Part shown: positions 9,998-19,586 of the stretch, one piece after another
Numbering within the stretch: position 1 is the stretch's first letter
How the letters are laid out: each line of letters begins with the position of its first letter
From: Polyangiaceae bacterium
GTDB lineage: Bacteria; Myxococcota_A; Polyangia; Polyangiales; Polyangiaceae
Length of the DNA stretch: 64,000 nt
Reading direction: 5' to 3'
Assembly: GCA_033763455.1 (NCBI GenBank)
Contig: JANRKO010000006.1
Span: 640,001-704,000, forward strand
The notes under the pieces: generated by a model
What the model was told of the DNA's origin: nothing
The model's input: only the letters and a program-made list of their open reading frames with translations
Database searches by the model: none
Made by a program: the position numbers and the translations under genes

Positions 9998-10286
9998 CAA
10001 TGTTGAGGCGCGGTGTGTCTCCAGCAACTTGAACCTAGATCCCGGTGGTAAGCGTCTTCGTGCAACATCGCGTAAGGCCGGCCCAGCATTACGACGGAAG
10101 AACGCTAGCAATCCCACCAAGATGGCGTCAATACGGCTTCAGCTGTGAGCGACCTTTCGCAGTGGCCCGCGAGGCCCACCCTCCAACTTGTGCAGCTTAC
10201 GGCCGGCGCCCACCCGCGCAAAAGCAAGCACAGGCCCCTGGCCGACCCAACTCGACGCTACCCCCTTGGCTCACCCGGGTATCAGC

Positions 10287-10931
10287 CTAGAGGCGGCGGA
10301 AAACCCCAACGACCTTGCCGAGCAACATCGTTGTCTTAAAGTCTATAGCCCGGACCAAGATGGCTGCCATTTGCGAGTTGGCAGGCTCAAAACGAACGTA
10401 ATCTTTTTCGGGGTAGTAGTACTTTACCGTCGCCTCGTCACCGATGAGCGCCACCACGATATCTCCGCGCTCGGCAGCGGCCTGCTTTCGCACGAAAATG
10501 TAGTCGCCGTTGAAGATCCCGGCCTCAATCATCGAGTCTCCCGCAACACGCAGCCCAAAGACATCACGACCACCGTTGACCATCATTCGGTCAATTCTTA
10601 CGACGTCGACGACATTCTCTTCTGCCAGCATCGGCAGCCCGGCTGCCACACGCCCCAAAATCTGGATCTCGAGCATATCTTCGTCGGCATCGAACGTCGG
10701 CGCGTTGGCAGGCTCGCTACTGTGGACGAGGCGCAACGCACGACTCTTCATGTCTTCTCGGCTGAGGTAGCCCTTCCGCTCCAGCGCGCGCAAATGATCA
10801 TTCACGCCGTTGGTTGAGCGAATGCCCATGTGGGTACCGATCTCTCGAAGCGTTGGCGGGTAGCCACGATTCTCAATGGAGGTGCGGATGAAGGTGAGAG
10901 TTTGTTCCTGGCGTTTGGTAAGCCCCTGCAT
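10287..10931 (-). CDS. lexA: SOS transcriptional repressor LexA
   Basis: [22 protein letters not shown] cleavage site; GDSM catalytic Ser; ATVK catalytic Lys. Confidence 0.97.
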   Translation of the reverse strand: MQGLTKRQEQTLTFIRTSIENRGYPPTLREIGTHMGIRSTNGVNDHLRALERKGYLSREDMKSRALRLVHSSEPANAPTFDADEDMLEIQILGRVAAGLPMLAEENVVDVVRIDRMMVNGGRDVFGLRVAGDSMIEAGIFNGDYIFVRKQAAAERGDIVVALIGDEATVKYYYPEKDYVRFEPANSQMAAILVRAIDFKTTMLLGKVVGVFRRL

Positions 10932-10940
10932 GGCTGGCGA

Positions 10941-10969
10941 AGGATACTGAACGGGTGTTAGGACGTCAA
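10941..10969 (-). promoter_or_regulatory. lexA sigma70 promoter (TTGACG-N17-TATCCT) with candidate SOS box in the spacer
   Basis: Minus strand reads TTGACG tcctaacacccgttcag TATCCT, 9 nt before ATG; the spacer contains TAAC-ACCC-GTTCAG, similar to the Myxococcus LexA box ending GTTCAG. Confidence 0.75.
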
Positions 10970-11007
10970 CTTTCTCGTCCCTGAATGGGCGGGCGCGTCG
11001 AGCCGCC

Positions 11008-11472
11008 TCAAAAGCGCCCACTGACGCTGAGAAAAGTGAGCTTATCAGTGGTTTCCCGGAGGCGCCGCACGAGCATGCGCACGGTACTCCAGAGCACTTC
11101 GTAGGCGAGATCCTTCTGCATGAAGAGCAAATCGTCGAAGCGAGCCTTGGAAATCGACAGCAGCTTACACTTCTCATGGGCCTTGGCGTCCGCCGAACGC
11201 GGAGACTCATCGAGTAAGGCCATTTCGCCAAAAGCTTGCCCCGCCCCAAGCACGGCAAGAGCTTCTTCTCCCATGCCTGATACCTCCCGGCTGATGCGGA
11301 TTTTGCCCTCAAGGATGATGTAGAGCTTGTCCCCCACCTCGCCATGGCTGAAAATCTTGGTGCCCGCGCCGAAGGTTTCTTCGGCGGCGACAGCGGCAAT
11401 AAGTTGGAGGCCCTCGGGCTTTAGGCCTGCGAAGAGCTCCACTTGGCTTAGCTGTTTGGCGAATTCATCCAT
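11008..11472 (-). CDS. Cyclic nucleotide-binding domain protein (stand-alone cNMP domain)
   Basis: [17 protein letters not shown] and [16 protein letters not shown]; no HTH follows. Confidence 0.9.
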   Translation of the reverse strand: MDEFAKQLSQVELFAGLKPEGLQLIAAVAAEETFGAGTKIFSHGEVGDKLYIILEGKIRISREVSGMGEEALAVLGAGQAFGEMALLDESPRSADAKAHEKCKLLSISKARFDDLLFMQKDLAYEVLWSTVRMLVRRLRETTDKLTFLSVSGRF

Positions 11473-11590
11473 AGCCCGGGGCTTCTTTTTTAGCGCACTC
11501 TCATCCTGCATAGCAGAACACCCGGACCTCTTCGACCACCGGTTTGCAGGGGCACAGGTCGAAGCCAACGAGCTTTGTTAATTTGATCGG

Positions 11591-12436
11591 CTAGCGGGCC
11601 CGGGTAAAGTTCACCTTTATTGGGCCTGCGACACCAGCAATCGGCTTGCCGAGCCGATCGCGGGCGGGCAGGAAGGTTGTCCGGTTCGCGCAGCTCTTGG
11701 CACGTGTCCCAAACCCAAGGCCTGCAGGCGTTTCGGAAAGTATGGAGACACCGGTGATGCTTCCTGATGCAGATACCGAGACTGTGAGCACGACGCGCGC
11801 AAAATCAACCTGAGCCGCATCTGCCTCTGGGGGAAAACCACAGCGCTGCATGATATCCCCCGTGGCCCATGTAGCCGGCTTGGAGAGATCTACCGCGGGC
11901 GCGGCAACTGAGGCCGCCGGGCGCGTTCCACCAGGAAGGCCAACGGTAGATGGTTTCTGGCTAACTGCAACCTTGGAGCTCCCTTTCGAGGTTGTATAGC
12001 CGCCCGCATAACTTTCGGCGGTGCCAGTGACAAATCCTTCCGCAGTTAGATCCAGCGGCGCGCTTGGATCTGGTTCTTGCGTTATCACTTGCGCGGCTTC
12101 TGCCGCGACCGGCGGGGGAGGGGCTTCAGACGACGCTGGCCGAGGTGTGACATCCGGTTCGGGTTTGGTCGGCTCAGGTGGGGGAGGCGGCTCCGGCTCC
12201 GGCTTCTCTTCTGGAAGAGGGGGAGGCTCGTCTATCTCGTACGTGAGGGCCCACCGATTCTTAACGTGATCCAAAACGCTCTGTGCAAATTTTCCAGCCT
12301 CGGCCGTCGAGAGCATGCCAAAGATTAGGAACGTTCCATGCAATACCAGCGCGATAAGAGTGCCCCACGCAGTCCGAAGGCTTCCCTCGTCGGATCGAAA
12401 ATTTTCTAGCGCTGAGGCTCTGGATGGGGCGTTCAC
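11591..12436 (-). CDS. TonB/TolA-like energy transducer
   Basis: N-terminal TM with His (ALVLHG), PE/PP-rich linker, TonB C-terminal-like domain; downstream of exbB-exbD. Confidence 0.8.
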   Translation of the reverse strand: MNAPSRASALENFRSDEGSLRTAWGTLIALVLHGTFLIFGMLSTAEAGKFAQSVLDHVKNRWALTYEIDEPPPLPEEKPEPEPPPPPEPTKPEPDVTPRPASSEAPPPPVAAEAAQVITQEPDPSAPLDLTAEGFVTGTAESYAGGYTTSKGSSKVAVSQKPSTVGLPGGTRPAASVAAPAVDLSKPATWATGDIMQRCGFPPEADAAQVDFARVVLTVSVSASGSITGVSILSETPAGLGFGTRAKSCANRTTFLPARDRLGKPIAGVAGPIKVNFTRAR

Positions 12437-12543
12437 GAGAAGTGGGAGGAACCTTGGGCCCAGCCGTCAGGAAAGCAACTACCTTCAACGAACGGGCACT
12501 CTAGATGCTCGCCCGGGCGCCATGTCGCTCGGCGCCCAGCCGG

Positions 12544-12966
12544 CTAGCGCTTGGTCTCGGGAGTCACCGCGAAGGCGATTTTTGCGATCTTCGCCTTCTG
12601 TAGGGTGCTCAGCACTTGCATGACGCTTCCGTGGTCAACGTTTTCATCACCGCGAATGATCGCGCGCAGATCTTTATCTTTTTGCTTGGCCTCTGTGGCG
12701 AGCGCCAACAGGGCGTCAGCGCTCTTCACCAGATCTTTGTTGACGTACGTCTTGCCGTCGGACGTGACGTCCACCGAGAAGCTCAAGGGAAGTTGTTCAG
12801 CGTTTTGCTGGCTGGCCTGAGGGAGCTTCATCCCGACGCCCTGGGAAACGATAACCTTGGCAGTCACCATCATGATGATGAGGAGCACCAAGGTTACATC
12901 CACGAGGGGGGTGACGTTGATCCCTGAGATCATCCCTTCGTCGTCTGAACTCGCTCCGCCAGCCAT
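12544..12966 (-). CDS. exbD: ExbD/TolR biopolymer transport protein
   Basis: INVTPLVDVTLVLLIIMMVT; IRGDENVDHGSVMQV. Confidence 0.92.
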   Translation of the reverse strand: MAGGASSDDEGMISGINVTPLVDVTLVLLIIMMVTAKVIVSQGVGMKLPQASQQNAEQLPLSFSVDVTSDGKTYVNKDLVKSADALLALATEAKQKDKDLRAIIRGDENVDHGSVMQVLSTLQKAKIAKIAFAVTPETKR

Positions 12967-12972
12967 GGCTGA

Positions 12973-13659
12973 TTATTCCTCGCCGTCCGAGTCGCTCGCG
13001 CCGGAGTTGTCAGCAACAAGGTGAGCAAGGAGTACGCGCGTCAATGCTTCGGTGTTCGCCAAGACCGCCTTCGAATGGCGCATAAAGTAGTTGAACATCA
13101 CAACCGCTGGGATAGCGACTACGAGGCCTACGGCGGTTGCAACCAGCGCCTCAGCAATCGCTCCCATTACCTGTTGCGGTGCCATTGCGCTGCTCTGCGC
13201 TTGGGCAGCGACCGCGTCCTGCGCTGCCAAGCCTTCGAACGCTTCGACAACGCCGATAACAGTACCAAACAGGCCGATGAAGGGGGCGTTGTTACCCAGG
13301 GTCCCGAGGAACGCTAGGCGACGCTCGAGCTTCATGCGCTGAAGGGCGACTGCACCCATCATAGCCTCGTCAGCCGATTTGGCACCGTGATCTGCCTCGT
13401 TGATGCCGACAAGTACGACTGCTGCTTCAGCACTCGGGGAGGCTTCGAGGCGTTTTCGTGCGCCGGCAAGGTCACCCTTGCGCAGCAGAGCCCTAAAGTC
13501 AGCCACGAGCTTGGGGAGGTCGTCCCGCAACGTGTAATAGAACCATGCCCGCTCCAGCATTACCGCGAGCGAAATCACACTGAGCCCGATCAACAACCAC
13601 ATCACCCACCCAGCGCCAAACTGGGTCATCAAACGCTGGAGCCATTCGACGATGTTCAT
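12973..13659 (-). CDS. exbB: MotA/TolQ/ExbB proton channel protein
   Basis: LGTLGNNAPFIGLFGTVIG and IAEALVATAVGLVVAIPA. Confidence 0.92.
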   Translation of the reverse strand: MNIVEWLQRLMTQFGAGWVMWLLIGLSVISLAVMLERAWFYYTLRDDLPKLVADFRALLRKGDLAGARKRLEASPSAEAAVVLVGINEADHGAKSADEAMMGAVALQRMKLERRLAFLGTLGNNAPFIGLFGTVIGVVEAFEGLAAQDAVAAQAQSSAMAPQQVMGAIAEALVATAVGLVVAIPAVVMFNYFMRHSKAVLANTEALTRVLLAHLVADNSGASDSDGEE

Positions 13660-13945
13660 TTTTCTTGAAACCTCTCAGATGCCCGCTCGGGGCTGGCTCG
13701 CACTCGCGAGCGAAACCGATGCCTGATTCAATGCCAGAAAATGTCGGCCCAGTGGGACCTTCATGTTTACGGCCGCTACCGCCTACCACACCTCAGGGGC
13801 GGCGGCCTAGCGGAACAAAGGGCGATGGCGCTCTTTTCTTGGCTACGCGTTGCGCGGTCAAACCCCAGGGATGGGCCGCCGATCAGACGCTTTTTCGGCC
13901 AATTTTGCGCGCGGCACCCGGCCCGGTGCAAGCCCTCCGGGTCCA

Positions 13946-13969
13946 AGCAGAAAGCCCGAGGCTTCTGCT
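13946..13969 (-). terminator. Stem-loop downstream of the 5'-nucleotidase gene
   Basis: Minus strand AGCAGAAGCC-TCG-GGCTTTCTGCT, 23 nt after the stop codon; U-tract is weak. Confidence 0.35.
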
Positions 13970-13991
13970 AAAGGAAGGCTTGGCCCAGGGC

Positions 13992-15518
13992 TCAGAGCTC
14001 GTGCGGCATCAGGTCGTGTGGGGACCGAAAGAACTGCTGCGGTGAATATGCACGCAAGCAGGAGACTCGGCGCATATAGATGTCGGCGTACGTTTCCACC
14101 TGCAGGCCGAACATACTCATCTCGTTGCCCTCTTTGAGCAATGAGCCCCAGTAAAGGTGAAAGCGCTGATCGATTCGATCTTCGAGGAGCTCGTGTTCAC
14201 GGCCCAGTTTTTTGAGTTCGGCTCGCACACGCTCAAGCGCTCGTTTGAGTCGAACCAACTCGTCGCTCAAGCCATCGGGGGCGGGCTCGTTATCCAGCTG
14301 GCGTGCCGTGTCTTTGATGTGACGCTGGTAATAACGAAGCTCATCCTCCAGCAGATCATGCGCTTCCTCGATTTGTCGTTGCCGCTCCCTATCTGCAGCG
14401 CACGCCTCGTGCGCTGATATCTCAGCGTCAAGTTCCTGAATGATCATTGCTGTGCGCCACGACGTTTCCTTCTTGGAGCGGAGGATGTCACCGTAGATAT
14501 GGTCGCCCACGTAGAGCACGCTCGACCCGACGACCTTGGTGAGGCGCTCGAAGTCTTTGAGGTTCCCCCCCTCGTAGAGCTTGCCCTTTTCGAAAGCCGC
14601 TTCTTTAATGGGGCGCGAGCCTTTGGGAGAAACTTCCAAAAATGGGCTTCCTTCCTGGAACCAGATGGGCTTCTTCGCACTGCAGATCGCCACGTCGAAG
14701 TAATGCTGCCAGGAGGGATATTCTGGCATGGCATCCCCCAAGAGGTACGTCATCATCTGTTCGGTGTAATGAGGCGGGGAATTGGTGAGCAGGAAGAGCC
14801 GCTTGCCTGCTGAGCGAAGCTTGTGGAGGCTGCGGGCAAGATCGGGGTCTCTCTGCACGAAGTGCGAAAGGTTGCTTGTAACCGCCTTGTATACCGAGCC
14901 GTCGGCGTGGGCTGCGTCGATCGAGGCGCGCACGTCAAGGAACAGTCGATCGTAATCAGGCGTCTCGCCGGCCCTGGTGAACTGCTCAACGATAGCCGCG
15001 TACGCCGCAACCTCACTCAAAGCAAAGAGCGTGTCTATCCAGTGGTAGCGCTTCGTATGCGGCTGGATACGCTGATCGTGGTACAGCGCTTGGAGCTCTG
15101 CACGCGAAAGCCTTGAGAGCCCATGGTAGCCCTTTTGAATCGCTTTGTAGCGATCCATTTTGAGTACGTGCCCCTGCACCTTATCCACGACGAGGCCGCG
15201 GATGGGAAAGCGTGTGTCGTAGCTACATTCGGACAGCGACCTTGGATAGCCGCGCTCGATCAGCTTTTCCACGGTTAAGCTGACGCTGAGCGCATCCATG
15301 GCAGCCTGATCATAAATGGCCAACGTGTAATCCATGTCGAAGCCAACCCACTCGATCTCCCCGAGCTTGAGGTTGCGACACACAAAGACGCGATCAGCCC
15401 TGGGGATCCGTTTCTGGTCGCCCAGCTCTGCGGCCAAGCCCGGCAGTGGCAACGTCAATTGAGGGCGGAGTGAAGGGGGTCTCTGCGGTTCGTTCTTCAG
15501 AATCAAGGGTTGGTTCAT
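13992..15518 (-). CDS. HAD-IG family 5'-nucleotidase (cN-II-like)
   Basis: GFDMDYTLA motif I, LLTNS, AKKP, YVGDHIYGDIL; coiled-coil insert near the C-terminus. Confidence 0.93.
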   Translation of the reverse strand: MNQPLILKNEPQRPPSLRPQLTLPLPGLAAELGDQKRIPRADRVFVCRNLKLGEIEWVGFDMDYTLAIYDQAAMDALSVSLTVEKLIERGYPRSLSECSYDTRFPIRGLVVDKVQGHVLKMDRYKAIQKGYHGLSRLSRAELQALYHDQRIQPHTKRYHWIDTLFALSEVAAYAAIVEQFTRAGETPDYDRLFLDVRASIDAAHADGSVYKAVTSNLSHFVQRDPDLARSLHKLRSAGKRLFLLTNSPPHYTEQMMTYLLGDAMPEYPSWQHYFDVAICSAKKPIWFQEGSPFLEVSPKGSRPIKEAAFEKGKLYEGGNLKDFERLTKVVGSSVLYVGDHIYGDILRSKKETSWRTAMIIQELDAEISAHEACAADRERQRQIEEAHDLLEDELRYYQRHIKDTARQLDNEPAPDGLSDELVRLKRALERVRAELKKLGREHELLEDRIDQRFHLYWGSLLKEGNEMSMFGLQVETYADIYMRRVSCLRAYSPQQFFRSPHDLMPHEL

Positions 15519-15635
15519 GCACACCCGCTTAGAGAAAATTAACGCTACCTTTCCAAATGTAGCAGACATGCCCGCTTTCGGTAGCCATCAGCAAGACTAG
15601 CCGTACGCTACTTCTGGGGCCTAAACTTAAGGGGA

Positions 15636-16355
15636 ATGCTGCCCGTAAGGATTGTCGTCACCGGAGAGCCCGTGGAGAGCGTTTTCCGCGAACGGGGAAA
15701 CTTCGCGAAGTTGATACGTGAGGCTGTGGGAGATGCCTGGCCGGGACCCTGGGAGGAGGTCGATAGTCGTGTAGACGATCTACTTGCGTGTGGCCGAGAT
15801 GCGGGAGCCGTCATAGTAACGGGGTCGCCCGCGAGCGTCTTGGAGCGAGCGCCCTGGATGCTGCGTACGGAGGAATACCTGCGGCGCGAGGCCGCCCGCG
15901 GGACACCTATTCTCGGAGTGTGCTTTGGGCACCAACTCCTCGCTCAAGCGCTCGGCGGGGAGGTTCAGAAGAATCCAAACGGTAGGGAGATGGGGACGGT
16001 AGAGGTGCGTGTGTTGCGAGGGGACGCTGTGTTGGACGCGGACGCTTTGCCCTTTACCGCGAACATGACTCACGTCGATTCGGTAGTGAAGTTGCCTGTG
16101 GGCGCTGAGGTTCTAGGGCAGACGGAGAAGGATCCTCACGCCGTTGTGCGCTTTGCCGACAAGGTGTGGGGCGTACAATTTCACCCGGAGATAACCGGTG
16201 ACGTTATGCGCGGTTACGTGCGTGCACGTTGGGAGATCCTCGAGAGCGAGGGTTTGGACCCAGCTGATCTGCTTGCGGCTTCCCGCGACGCCGATCCCGG
16301 GCGCTCAGTCCTCTCGCGTTTTGTAGAACAACTCGGGCGCCCTTTCCCAACGTAA
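15636..16355 (+). CDS. Type 1 glutamine amidotransferase
   Basis: VTGSPAS, LGVCFGHQLLA nucleophile, VQFHPE. Confidence 0.9.
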   Translation: MLPVRIVVTGEPVESVFRERGNFAKLIREAVGDAWPGPWEEVDSRVDDLLACGRDAGAVIVTGSPASVLERAPWMLRTEEYLRREAARGTPILGVCFGHQLLAQALGGEVQKNPNGREMGTVEVRVLRGDAVLDADALPFTANMTHVDSVVKLPVGAEVLGQTEKDPHAVVRFADKVWGVQFHPEITGDVMRGYVRARWEILESEGLDPADLLAASRDADPGRSVLSRFVEQLGRPFPT

Positions 16356-16428
16356 GCGGAGCCGAGAGAGCCACCCGGGCCCGCCTTCGCTCGACTTGCT
16401 CACCCGGCTGCGCTAAGGGGGCCGGCCT

Positions 16429-17532
16429 ATGGGAATCTCCTGCGGAATCGTTGGGCTGCCAAACGTCGGCAAAAGCACTCTCTTCAACGCTATTTCTTCT
16501 GGTAAGGCCGAAGCCCAGAACTTTCCGTTTTGCACCATTGAGCCCAACGTGGGCATCGCCACTGTTCCCGATGCTCGACTGGAGGCTCTGAGCAAGGTCT
16601 ACAAATCTCAGAAGATTATTCCGACGAGTGTCGAATTCGTCGATATCGCTGGTTTGGTTCGTGGCGCGTCGAAAGGAGAGGGTCTAGGCAATCAGTTCCT
16701 CTCGCATATTCGAGAAGTGCACGCCGTGGCTCACGTGGTGCGTTGTTTCGAGAGCGACGACGTTACTCACGTCGAAGGCCGCGTGGACCCGGTAGCAGAT
16801 ATCGCTACGATCGACACCGAGCTGTGCTTGAAAGATCTCGAAACGGTGCAGAAGCGCCACGACCGCGCCGTCAAGCAAAGCAAAGGAGGCGACCCGAAAG
16901 AAAAGGCGATGGCTTCACTCACCGAAAAGCTTCTTCAACACTTGGACGCCGGCAAGCCAGCTCGCTCCTTCAAGGCGGAGACCGATACGGACCGGGAGCT
17001 CATTGCTGAGATGCAACTCCTGACTCAGAAGCCCACTTTTTACGTCGCGAACGTGTCCGAGGCAGCCATCGGCAACTTAGATGCTGAGCCCCTCTATCAG
17101 GCGCTGTGTGCGCATGCCAAAGGTGAGGGGGCCAAGGTTGTGCCGATTTGCGCGGCGTTGGAGTCGCAAATTGCGGAGCTTGAACCTCAAGATCGTCCGG
17201 AATTTTTGCTCAGTGCTGGGCTCAAGGAGCCAGGGCTCAACCAGGTGATTCGCGTAGCTTATGAATTACTTGGCTTGATCACTTTTCTCACTGCCGGCGA
17301 AAAGGAAACGCGCGCTTGGACGGTTCGACGTGGGGCCAAGGCGCCTGAAGCGGCTGGGGCGATCCACACCGATTTCGAACGTGGCTTCATTCGAGCAGAG
17401 GTGATTTGGTGGGAGGATTTGGTGACGCTTGGCAGTGAGGCAAAGTGCCGAGAATCTGGGAAGATGGCCGTAGAAGGTAAGGAATACGTTGTGCGCGACG
17501 GCGACGTGATGCACTTCCGCTTCAACGTGTAG
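16429..17532 (+). CDS. ychF: Ribosome-binding ATPase YchF
   Basis: GIVGLPNVGKSTLFN, FCTIEPN, DIAGLV..GEGLGNQFL, C-terminal DGDVMHFRFNV. Confidence 0.98.
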   Translation: MGISCGIVGLPNVGKSTLFNAISSGKAEAQNFPFCTIEPNVGIATVPDARLEALSKVYKSQKIIPTSVEFVDIAGLVRGASKGEGLGNQFLSHIREVHAVAHVVRCFESDDVTHVEGRVDPVADIATIDTELCLKDLETVQKRHDRAVKQSKGGDPKEKAMASLTEKLLQHLDAGKPARSFKAETDTDRELIAEMQLLTQKPTFYVANVSEAAIGNLDAEPLYQALCAHAKGEGAKVVPICAALESQIAELEPQDRPEFLLSAGLKEPGLNQVIRVAYELLGLITFLTAGEKETRAWTVRRGAKAPEAAGAIHTDFERGFIRAEVIWWEDLVTLGSEAKCRESGKMAVEGKEYVVRDGDVMHFRFNV

Positions 17533-17570
17533 AGCTACTTTTCACACGTCGCCTGCGGGGGAGCTGGAGG

Positions 17571-18020
17571 CTACGATGGCTGGTGTTCGGCTAACCACTC
17601 GGCAATCGTGGTGGTCGCCACGGGGCCGCCCAAGAATCCAGCGAATCGGGCCAGCCAAACTCCAATCATGGTGGCTAACAAGACTCCGCCGAGCAGTTTC
17701 CCCAGGCGTTTGGGAACGATATTGTTCAGCCGCGCAGCTGCGCCGAGACCCAGCGACGGCGCAAAATCTTTGAGGGCTGCACTGGCCACCAGGAACAGAG
17801 CGAACGGGGCAAGGGGCAGTACGAGCGGATGAAAATGGAATGCCTTCGCCCAATCGCCTGCGAGGAGCGCCAGCGTGGCGCGCGTGAGCCCACACCCAGG
17901 GCATGGGACACCAAAAACTGCGGCGGTTGGGCACACCGGCAGTTCGAAATGCACGGCTGCGCCCAGAGCTAGCGTGCCCAGCACAAGCCAAACCCATTTG
18001 ATGTAACGGGGCTGAAACAT
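17571..18020 (-). CDS. DUF2752-domain membrane protein
   Basis: CP....GVPCPGCGLTRA..LL.GD...AF..HP signature. Confidence 0.85.
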   Translation of the reverse strand: MFQPRYIKWVWLVLGTLALGAAVHFELPVCPTAAVFGVPCPGCGLTRATLALLAGDWAKAFHFHPLVLPLAPFALFLVASAALKDFAPSLGLGAAARLNNIVPKRLGKLLGGVLLATMIGVWLARFAGFLGGPVATTTIAEWLAEHQPS

Positions 18021-18075
18021 CACCCCTTGTGGTCGGGCAAAGGAGCCTAAGGCCAGAGCACCTCTGGCCCCAGGA

Positions 18076-19278
18076 TCAACCATACGTGTTGCGTGCGGCG
18101 CCCGACGCCGCCTGGAAGATTTCGTTCAAATCGACGATGAACGCGTACAGCCCGTAGATCGGGATGAAATACATGATGGGGTGGCCCACCTGAGCGTTGG
18201 GGATGCCCGCCATTTGCTTCGCATCGAGCACCTTGGCGGTGAGCTGCCACAAGAAGATCAAGTTTAGGATTGGAATGAAGAAGAAGAGGATGTTGATGTC
18301 CTTCTTCTGGCGGAAAGACTTGAGCTCAAGGATCCCGAATATCCAGACGAAGAGAGCGTAAAATCCGCAGATTGCCCCGATGATTGTGTCGTTAACTGGG
18401 TTGCGGATTTTACCGACGGGGCCGTGCCCGCCCGGAGAAGTGGGCGCCAGCGGATCGGCTCCGTAGGGGGAGATGGCGCCCCCGTGATACTGCGGTGCAG
18501 AACCATAAGTGGGGCCCGCGCCTTGGCCCGAGCCACCTGGCTGCGGCTGAGCATAGCCTCCGCCGGGAGTGCCGAAGCCCGGATTCGCTTGTGCGGCTGC
18601 GTACCCGGGTGCGGGTGCATAGCCGCCTGCCTGATTGCTGAATCCTCCGGCCGCAGCGGGATCATATGCGGGTGGTGCGCCAAAATTGCCAGGACTCGGA
18701 GCAGGAGGTGCTTCCCAGGCGGGTGCCGGAGCACCGGGCGGCGAACCATAAGCGCCGGGACTGCCGAAACTTGCCGCATCCGCGACCATCGTTCCGCCCA
18801 GCGGGTTTACCCCCGGAGTTGGCGCAACGGGTGCTACGGCTGGCGCAGGGGCAGGGGCAGGGGCTGGAAATCCCGCAGCGGGGGATACTCCGCCGGGTGG
18901 CCCTCCAAGGGGCGTCCCAATCGGCGGAGCAGGCGCAGCACCCGGGGAAGGCGGGGCCACCCCGAGCATCGTTCCTTTGAGCTTCGCCTTCGCTGCTGCA
19001 GAAGCCGTAGCGGTTGCAGCAACAGGTTGTGCTGCTGGTGCAGGTGCTGCCGGCACAGGCGCTGCTGGTACAGGCGCTGCCGCTGCCGGTGCTGGGTCGG
19101 TTGGCGCCGTTGGAACAGCTGCACCGGCCGGTTTCGCCAGACCTGGAGGCACGTTCATCATCAGCATGGTCCCCTTGAACTTGGGTGCTGCAGTGCCTTT
19201 CAGGTTGAAACCGCACTTGGTGCAGTTGTTGGCTGTATCTTCGTTCTGTGTCCCACAGTTAGGGCAAAACACGCGCAT
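18076..19278 (-). CDS. Zinc-ribbon / Pro-Ala-Gly-rich / DUF4234-like membrane protein
   Basis: FCPNCG...CTKCG ribbon; long low-complexity linker; C-terminal KIRNPV...ICGFY hydrophobic domain; GGAGG RBS. Confidence 0.75.
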   Translation of the reverse strand: MRVFCPNCGTQNEDTANNCTKCGFNLKGTAAPKFKGTMLMMNVPPGLAKPAGAAVPTAPTDPAPAAAAPVPAAPVPAAPAPAAQPVAATATASAAAKAKLKGTMLGVAPPSPGAAPAPPIGTPLGGPPGGVSPAAGFPAPAPAPAPAVAPVAPTPGVNPLGGTMVADAASFGSPGAYGSPPGAPAPAWEAPPAPSPGNFGAPPAYDPAAAGGFSNQAGGYAPAPGYAAAQANPGFGTPGGGYAQPQPGGSGQGAGPTYGSAPQYHGGAISPYGADPLAPTSPGGHGPVGKIRNPVNDTIIGAICGFYALFVWIFGILELKSFRQKKDINILFFFIPILNLIFLWQLTAKVLDAKQMAGIPNAQVGHPIMYFIPIYGLYAFIVDLNEIFQAASGAARNTYG

Positions 19279-19457
19279 ACCTCCGAAATCCGCCGGAATC
19301 GATGGATAGCGCTCAGACTACACGCATTTTCGCCGATCTCTCAAGCGCACAAATGGAAACACTTTCCGAATGCTCGCTCCGTTCGAAACACCCGACGTGT
19401 TTCGCCCCGTGGGCCGGAGCCCTGCGGTTTTGATTGCTGCGAGTCAACGCGGTGCTC

Positions 19458-19487
19458 TTGACACCTTCTCGCGCGGGTCACTACGGT
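19458..19487 (+). promoter_or_regulatory. Candidate sigma70 promoter of the nuo operon
   Basis: TTGACA (19458-19463), 18-nt spacer, TACGGT (19482-19487), ~100 nt upstream of nuoE. Confidence 0.55.
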
Positions 19488-19586
19488 GCGCTCGCCCGGC
19501 CTCCCGGGCTCCACAAAATGGCTGAGAACACGCTTGGTTGCATGTTCTCGCCGCGACCCTGACCCCCTTCCGGACAAGCACATTAC

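Noticed and set aside
10932..11399. 370-aa LexA with a long N-terminus, as given in the ORF track
   Set aside because: It overlaps the cNMP gene in another frame; the promoter and homology support a start at 10931.
13660..13945. Possible cobalamin riboswitch or leader peptide upstream of exbB
   Set aside because: Only a GAGCCAG-like fragment is present; the core AGGGAA, GCAACTGT and B12-box elements are not seen. The 29-codon ORF has no RBS or other support.
18264..19461. Long alternative-frame and antisense ORFs over the Pro-rich gene (and similar shadow ORFs across the window)
   Set aside because: Expected by-products of high GC and low complexity; they have no recognisable motifs and overlap well-supported genes.
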